Shown here piece by piece: positions 55,320-60,959 of a DNA stretch of 60,959 bases (its first letter is position 1; each line of letters starts with the position of its first letter). The position numbers were made by a program, and so were the translations under genes. Source of the stretch: an uncultured Alphaproteobacteria bacterium (GTDB lineage Bacteria; Pseudomonadota; Alphaproteobacteria; RF32; CAG-239); contig CAMOYJ010000002.1 of NCBI GenBank assembly GCA_946629975.1, positions 1-60,959 on the forward strand, in the 5' to 3' direction. Under the pieces are notes generated by a model. The model did no database searches. It was given only the letters and a program-made list of their open reading frames with translations, and was not told the origin of the DNA.

Positions 55320-55829
55320 CTAAATACGCTTTCCTTTCACCATCTGCTGGATCCATGTCCAAGCACGATTGTGGTCCTTCGTGGAGAGGCGGAGAGAATT
55401 GTCTACGAGAGCCAAAAACTTGTTGGCCTCAACAATGCTCGGCAACTCTGCGTTACGGAAAAATGCAAGCTTATTTTTGAGGCTGGCGTTTTCCATCACA
55501 TAGAAAAACATTTCAGCATCAAAAACAAATTTGATACGTCCCATAAACGAGTCATAAGCGTATGCCGTTTCGTCTTCGGGGCCGACAATGAATAACTTAT
55601 AGTCATCCACCAGGTCACGGGCGGCAAGAACATAGCATTCTGTCTCGTCCATGTCTTCTGGGCCGTGCTTGATACTGTCCGCAAAAGCATTCAAGGGATT
55701 AAACCCTATCAACTCTTTTGTGAACGTTACTTTGAGCGGCACAGGCATGTAGCAACGTTCGGTGAGTGCGCCCTGAAAGCCCATATGCATAAGCTTCCAA
55801 AAGGAGAAGGTTTCATCAAATTTCAACAT
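55320..55829 (-). CDS. hypothetical protein, tandem paralog 2
   Basis: FDAEMFFYVMENASLKNKLAFFRNA...RAWTWI. Confidence 0.75.
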   Translation of the reverse strand: MLKFDETFSFWKLMHMGFQGALTERCYMPVPLKVTFTKELIGFNPLNAFADSIKHGPEDMDETECYVLAARDLVDDYKLFIVGPEDETAYAYDSFMGRIKFVFDAEMFFYVMENASLKNKLAFFRNAELPSIVEANKFLALVDNSLRLSTKDHNRAWTWIQQMVKGKRI

Positions 55830-55851
55830 ACTTTTTAGGTTTTAATAGTTA

Positions 55852-56322
55852 TTAAATGTCGAGATTTCTGGTTCGGCGATAAATCCATGTTTTGGCACGC
55901 CTTTTGTCTTTGTCGGAAAGGTTTGAGGCATCCACTTTTTTCAAAAAGGCTTTCACCTCATCATCGCTTTCCACCACAGCTCGCCTGAAAAAACAGAGTT
56001 TATTCACGCGGCTGGCATGTTCCATGATGTAGAAAAAAGGCTCAGCTTCAAACAAAATGTTGATAGCGTTTGGATAAAAGCTCCAAACAAACCCGTAAAC
56101 AGGGTGCCTGATGAAGAATTCTCTGACGAGATAATCCGTTTCGGCAGAAATGATCCAAGTTTTGGTCCATTCTTTGAAAGGCCCATAGGCAAAATAAGCT
56201 TTTTTGCCAAATCTGTCTCGTCCGAATTTTTCTTCCGGCATCTTGATTTTAACTTCAACGGGTTCGTAGATCCTTCCGAAATCGATCAACGGAAAACCTA
56301 ACTGTCTTGCTTTAACTGTCAT
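55852..56322 (-). CDS. hypothetical protein, tandem paralog 1
   Basis: FEAEPFFYIMEHASRVNKLCFFRRA...RAKTWI. Confidence 0.75.
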   Translation of the reverse strand: MTVKARQLGFPLIDFGRIYEPVEVKIKMPEEKFGRDRFGKKAYFAYGPFKEWTKTWIISAETDYLVREFFIRHPVYGFVWSFYPNAINILFEAEPFFYIMEHASRVNKLCFFRRAVVESDDEVKAFLKKVDASNLSDKDKRRAKTWIYRRTRNLDI

Positions 56323-56419
56323 AAATAAATAATATTATAAGGTGAATAAATAAATCCATATCCATAAAACGATGGTCTTATTATTAGACAAATTTCAAAA
56401 AATGTCAAGAGTAAAAATC

Positions 56420-56445
56420 AAAAAAACGCCGATCTAATCGGCGTT
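56420..56445 (-). terminator. intrinsic terminator after kdsB
   Basis: AACGCCGAT/ATCGGCGTT stem with an A-tract on +. Confidence 0.7.
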
Positions 56446-56460
56446 CATTCTGATAATTTT

Positions 56461-57240
56461 TTACTTAATAAACGGCAGAGAATTTTCTAAATCTTCCGGC
56501 GTGTTGATGTCAGCCGGTGCCTCATCAATCAATTTAATTTTATCAATGATTTTGGCGCGAATAACCATACCGTTTTCCAGCGCGCGGAGCTGTTCCAACT
56601 TTTCTCTGGTTTCCAAAATGCCTGTCGGAAGTGACACCATTTTTTGCAAAGAAGATGCTTTGAAAACATAAATCCCGATGTGGTAATAAAGGTCTTGGTT
56701 TTTGCATTTTTCGGGGTCTCTGGTGTATGGTGCGGTTGCGCGTGTAAAATACAAGCATCTGCCTTCTGTCTCGCCTTCTTTCAAACCCATCACGATTTTA
56801 ACAACATTGGGGTTTGTCTTGTCTTCTTCGTTTTTGATAATCATACCGCAAGTTGCAATGTCGCAATCTGTTTTTTGCACCATTTCAATCAAAGGCAAAC
56901 AAACTTTAGGGTCAACATTTAAATTGTCGCCCTGAAAGTCAACCACAATGTCATATTTCTCGCCTTTTGGGTCCAAAACCTTGAGCGCTGCGGCAATTCG
57001 GTCCGTTCCACTCGGCAAATTGGGGTCTGTCAAAACCGCTTGCCCGCCGAATTTTTCAACCTCATCAACAATTTTCTGGTCGCCGGCCGCAACGGCAATA
57101 TCCGTTTTACCGTTCATCGCTTTTTCAACATTTTCATACACCCTTTGAACGAGTGTCTTACCATTGATATTCAAAAGCGGTTTGTTCGGTAACCTTGTTG
57201 CCGCCAATCTCACCGGCATCATCGTAATCACGCGTGTCAT
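56461..57240 (-). CDS. kdsB: 3-deoxy-manno-octulosonate cytidylyltransferase
   Basis: RLAATRLPNKPL, SGTDRI, QGD, PNVVKIV, HIGIY, EKLEQLRALENG. Confidence 0.93.
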   Translation of the reverse strand: MTRVITMMPVRLAATRLPNKPLLNINGKTLVQRVYENVEKAMNGKTDIAVAAGDQKIVDEVEKFGGQAVLTDPNLPSGTDRIAAALKVLDPKGEKYDIVVDFQGDNLNVDPKVCLPLIEMVQKTDCDIATCGMIIKNEEDKTNPNVVKIVMGLKEGETEGRCLYFTRATAPYTRDPEKCKNQDLYYHIGIYVFKASSLQKMVSLPTGILETREKLEQLRALENGMVIRAKIIDKIKLIDEAPADINTPEDLENSLPFIK

Positions 57241-57251
57241 CAATCATTCTC

Positions 57252-58682
57252 CTATAAAAGTTCAAGTGCTTGTTCAATGCGGTTTAAGGTCTCGATTTTG
57301 CCTAAAATCACGGCAAGTTCGGTTGCTCCCCCCGGCGTTGTTTCTTTGCCCGAGAGCGCAATTCGAACGGGGTATAAAACCTGCCCGTTTTTGAGCCCTT
57401 CTTTTTCGGCCAAAGCCTTGAGCTCTGCAAACAGATTTTCATTGGTCCAAACATCAACATTTTTCAAAACCTCAAGCGCCAAAGCAAGTGAGTTTTTGGC
57501 AATTGCTTCATCTGTCTTCATCTTTTTGTTTTGATAAAGTGCGGTGCTGTATTGTGGCAATTTTTCAATAAAATCAACATTGTCCGCAATTTGCGCAAGC
57601 GTTTCAACACGCGGTTGTAAAACCGTGCTCAAAAATTCCAGATTAACCTTGCGTGTCAAACATTTAGCATAATAGGGCAGGGCAAGTTCGTGGAATTTTT
57701 GAGGTTCAAGCGCTCTGATGTAGTAGCCGTTCATCCATGTGAGCTTTGTGCTGTCGAAAATGGCAGGAGATTTGTTGAGCCTTTCAGCCGTAAACACTTT
57801 TTTGAGCTCATCTAATGAAAAGATTTCCTGCTCGGTTCCGGGGTTCCAACCCAAAAGTGCAATATAGTTCAAAATCGCCTGAGGCAAATAACCTTTTTGA
57901 ACCAAATCTTGGAAAGATGCATCGCCGTTTCGTTTTGAAAGCTTGTGTTGCGCATCTTTCATCACGGGCGGCACATGCACATAAATCGGCGGTTCCCAAC
58001 CGAAAGCCTCATAAATGAGGTTGTATTTTGGTGTTGATGAAATATATTCATTACCCCGCACAACGTGCGAAATCTGCATCAAATGGTCATCAATCACATT
58101 GGCAAAGTTGTAGGTCGGCAACCCGTCAGATTTTAACAAAACGCCCTCGTCAAGCTCGTCATAATCAATTTCAATCTTGCCATAAACCACATCTTCAAAA
58201 ACAGAAGTCCCTTTTTTGTTGATGTTTTGCCGCACAACAAACGATTCGCCGTTTGCAATGCGTTTTTTTGCTTCCTCTAAAGGAATATGTTTGCAAGGGT
58301 CATCAAATTTGACCGGCACGGCATTTTCTTCATCTTCGCTTTCATTGTCGTCATGTTTGCAAAAACAATAGTGCGCTCCGCCGAGCTCAACGAGCTTGTG
58401 TGCATATTGCCCATAAATGCTTTTGCGCTCAGACTGCACATAAGGCCCGAAATTTCCGCCGATATCGGGGCCTTCATCCCAGTTCATACCAACCTCTTTT
58501 AAGGTGGCATAAATAATATCGGTTGCGCCTTCCACATAACGTTTTTGGTCGGTGTCTTCAATGCGCAAAATAAAATCACCGCCCAAAGATTTTGCAATCA
58601 AATATTCATAAAGTGCCGTTCTTAAGTTGCCGATATGCATATATCCTGTCGGTGACGGCGCAAAACGTGTTCTTGCTTTCAT
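57252..58682 (-). CDS. gltX: glutamate--tRNA ligase
   Basis: RFAPSPTGYMHIGN (HIGH), RIEDTD, PTYNFANVIDDH, KLSKR. Confidence 0.96.
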   Translation of the reverse strand: MKARTRFAPSPTGYMHIGNLRTALYEYLIAKSLGGDFILRIEDTDQKRYVEGATDIIYATLKEVGMNWDEGPDIGGNFGPYVQSERKSIYGQYAHKLVELGGAHYCFCKHDDNESEDEENAVPVKFDDPCKHIPLEEAKKRIANGESFVVRQNINKKGTSVFEDVVYGKIEIDYDELDEGVLLKSDGLPTYNFANVIDDHLMQISHVVRGNEYISSTPKYNLIYEAFGWEPPIYVHVPPVMKDAQHKLSKRNGDASFQDLVQKGYLPQAILNYIALLGWNPGTEQEIFSLDELKKVFTAERLNKSPAIFDSTKLTWMNGYYIRALEPQKFHELALPYYAKCLTRKVNLEFLSTVLQPRVETLAQIADNVDFIEKLPQYSTALYQNKKMKTDEAIAKNSLALALEVLKNVDVWTNENLFAELKALAEKEGLKNGQVLYPVRIALSGKETTPGGATELAVILGKIETLNRIEQALELL

Positions 58683-58883
58683 CAAAATTTCCTTTGTTTT
58701 TTGTTTTTTTCTATACGATAAAACAATTTTCTTTCAATGCAAGCATTTTCTTCTGAAGTCACACAAGCGGATTGAATATTTTTTTATCTTTTTCTTGACT
58801 TTTAAAAAAATGATATTAAAAATATGGACGCTAGCAAATTTGAGGATTCGCAAATCCTCATAAAATCGATTTTAAGGAACGTT

Positions 58884-60959
58884 ATGTCTGATAAAGAAAA
58901 TCAAGATTTGAACGCGGATTCACCCATACTTGATTCTTTGGGCCACGCCGTAAAAACCCTTATTGAAAAAGGCAAAATAAGGGGTTATATCACCGTTGAA
59001 GAACTAAATCATGCCCTTCCTTCTGAAAAAGAAACATCTGAAAAAATTGAAGACATCATGGCTTCAATCTCTGATTTAGGCATCAGCCTGATTTCAGAAT
59101 CGGAAACGGAAGATTATGAATCCGAAAACGAAGAAATAGACGAAGATGAAGACATTGACGAAAGCGGCAACTTTGATGAAAAAGAGCTTAGCCGTTCGGA
59201 TGATCCTGTTCGTATGTATCTTCGTGAAATGGGGGCGGTTGAGCTTCTCTCTCGCGAGGGCGAAATTGCCATTGCAAAGCGAATAGAGGCCGGCAACACG
59301 GTCATGCTCAGCGGCTTGTGCGAAAGCCCGATGACTTTGAAGGCTATTGCCTCTTGGCGTGATGAACTTGTAAATGGCACAATGCAACTTCGCGACATTG
59401 TTGATTTAGAAATGATGTATGGCGATGACAGTGAAGCCATCTCTTATGATGATGATGAAAATCAGGTTGATGATTTAGACAACGTTACCAAAGATTTAGA
59501 AGAAAAAAATCTTGATGAAATAGATGAAGATTTAGAAGAAGACATAGAGCTGGATTCAGATGTCGAAGACGATATGGATGATGATGATTCTACTGATGAA
59601 GATCAAGCAGCCGATTCTGATGAAGAAAAAGATTCCGATTCGGGCGAAGCATCTTCAGATTCGGAAGAAGATGAAAATCTCGGACATTCAAACGCTTCCG
59701 TTTCTGCGATGGAAACGGCTTTGCTTGAGCCTGTTTTAGACATCTTAAACAAAATCTCAAGCTACTATGATGATTTGAAAAAAATTCAAACACAACGTAT
59801 GAATGCCATCATTGCCGGTCGCAAAATTGCGCCGTCTCTTGAGAAAAAATATGTGGCTGTCAAAAAAGATTTGATTGAATTGATGAGCTCAATTCACTTA
59901 AATACAATTCGTATTGAGCAGCTTGTTGAGCAATTAAACGAAATGAACAAACGTTTAATGGGCTTTGAAGGCAAACTAATGCGCTATGCGCTTGCCTGCA
60001 AAATCAAACGTGAAGATTTCTTGGCTTCATACCAAAAATCAGAGCTTGATCCGCATTGGCTTGAGGATATCAAGTCCAAAAAAGACAAGCATTGGGATAT
60101 TTTCCTTGAGCGTTATGGCGCCGAAATCAAAGAACTCCGCCAAAGCATTATCCAAATGTCTGAAGATTGCGGTTTACCGATCAGCGAATATCGCAAAATG
60201 GTTGAAACAATCAAGCATGGCGAGCGTGAAGCCGAACGTGCCAAAAAGGAAATGATTGAAGCAAACTTAAGGCTCGTGATTTCAATTGCAAAAAAATATA
60301 CAAACCGCGGTATGCAATTCTTAGACCTTATTCAAGAAGGCAACATTGGTTTGATGAAAGCGGTGGATAAATTTGAATATCGCCGTGGTTATAAATTTTC
60401 AACTTATGCCACATGGTGGATACGTCAGGCCATCACGCGTTCAATCGCGGATCAAGCGCGCACAATTCGTATTCCGGTTCACATGATTGAAACAATCAAT
60501 AAGCTGGTGCGCACCTCTCGTCAAATGCTCACCGAAATGGGCAGGGAGCCTGTGCCGGAGGAGCTCGCAAAGCGCCTGTCAATGCCGCTTGAAAAAATCC
60601 GTAAGGTGATGAAAATTGCCAAAGAACCTGTTAGTTTGGAAGCTCCTGTCGGCGATGAAGAAGATTCGTCACTTGGCGATTTTATTGCAGACGAGAGTGC
60701 ATTGCAGCCTCTTGATTCGGCAATTCACTCCAATTTGAAAGAAACATGCACAAAGATTTTGTCTTCTTTAACCCCTCGTGAAGAACGCGTTTTGAGAATG
60801 CGCTTTGGTATCGGTATGAACACCGATCATACATTGGAAGAGGTCGGGCAACAGTTTAATGTGACCCGTGAACGTATTCGTCAAATTGAAGCAAAAGCAC
60901 TTCGCAAGCTCAAACACCCGAGCCGTTCGCGCCGTCTGCGTTCTTTCTTAGATCAATAA
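58884..60959 (+). CDS. rpoD: primary RNA polymerase sigma-70 factor RpoD
   Basis: Region 1.1, [73 protein letters not shown]. Start moved to ATG 58884 after AAGGA. Confidence 0.97.
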   Translation: MSDKENQDLNADSPILDSLGHAVKTLIEKGKIRGYITVEELNHALPSEKETSEKIEDIMASISDLGISLISESETEDYESENEEIDEDEDIDESGNFDEKELSRSDDPVRMYLREMGAVELLSREGEIAIAKRIEAGNTVMLSGLCESPMTLKAIASWRDELVNGTMQLRDIVDLEMMYGDDSEAISYDDDENQVDDLDNVTKDLEEKNLDEIDEDLEEDIELDSDVEDDMDDDDSTDEDQAADSDEEKDSDSGEASSDSEEDENLGHSNASVSAMETALLEPVLDILNKISSYYDDLKKIQTQRMNAIIAGRKIAPSLEKKYVAVKKDLIELMSSIHLNTIRIEQLVEQLNEMNKRLMGFEGKLMRYALACKIKREDFLASYQKSELDPHWLEDIKSKKDKHWDIFLERYGAEIKELRQSIIQMSEDCGLPISEYRKMVETIKHGEREAERAKKEMIEANLRLVISIAKKYTNRGMQFLDLIQEGNIGLMKAVDKFEYRRGYKFSTYATWWIRQAITRSIADQARTIRIPVHMIETINKLVRTSRQMLTEMGREPVPEELAKRLSMPLEKIRKVMKIAKEPVSLEAPVGDEEDSSLGDFIADESALQPLDSAIHSNLKETCTKILSSLTPREERVLRMRFGIGMNTDHTLEEVGQQFNVTRERIRQIEAKALRKLKHPSRSRRLRSFLDQ

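Noticed and set aside
59400-59700. GAT/GAA-rich low-complexity stretch in rpoD
   Set aside because: Ordinary acidic non-conserved region of sigma70, not a repeat array.
1-60959. CRISPR array, tRNA/rRNA, IS element or prophage; also the window being bracketed by two sigma factor genes
   Set aside because: No regularly spaced repeats, RNA gene signatures, transposase or phage genes were found. The rpoH and rpoD ends appear to reflect window choice.

Overview
AT-rich, gene-dense chromosomal window from an alphaproteobacterium. It looks like a reduced-genome, probably host- or gut-associated uncultured lineage; this placement is inferred from gene content and order. The window runs from a 3'-truncated rpoH to rpoD and is mostly housekeeping: rluD, trkA, dusB, uvrD, lptG, cysK, gmk, mltA, secB, trmL, carD, rpsM-rpsK-rpoA, radC, anmK, tyrS, accBC, adk, secY, mutY, pepF, kdsB, gltX. 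I found no tRNA, rRNA, CRISPR array or transposase. The strongest unexplained signal is a ~150-160 nt structured non-coding element present twice, 23 kb apart (14838-14988 and 37815-37976). Each copy follows a sigma70-like promoter, shows compensatory base changes, can adopt mutually exclusive folds and ends in an intrinsic terminator just upstream of an unrelated surface-protein gene (a BspA-like LRR protein and a type IV pilin-like protein). Both loci also carry a REP-like palindrome, once inside the coding sequence. Together these suggest an undescribed regulated surface-gene cassette system. Other points of interest: an orphan VirD4 cluster with a candidate substrate and a degenerate NERD protein, a tandem triad of novel paralogs, a uridyltransferase-only GlmU, a GldF-GldG-DUF4340-type fusion, and a split and inverted secY-adk / rpsM-rpsK-rpoA operon.
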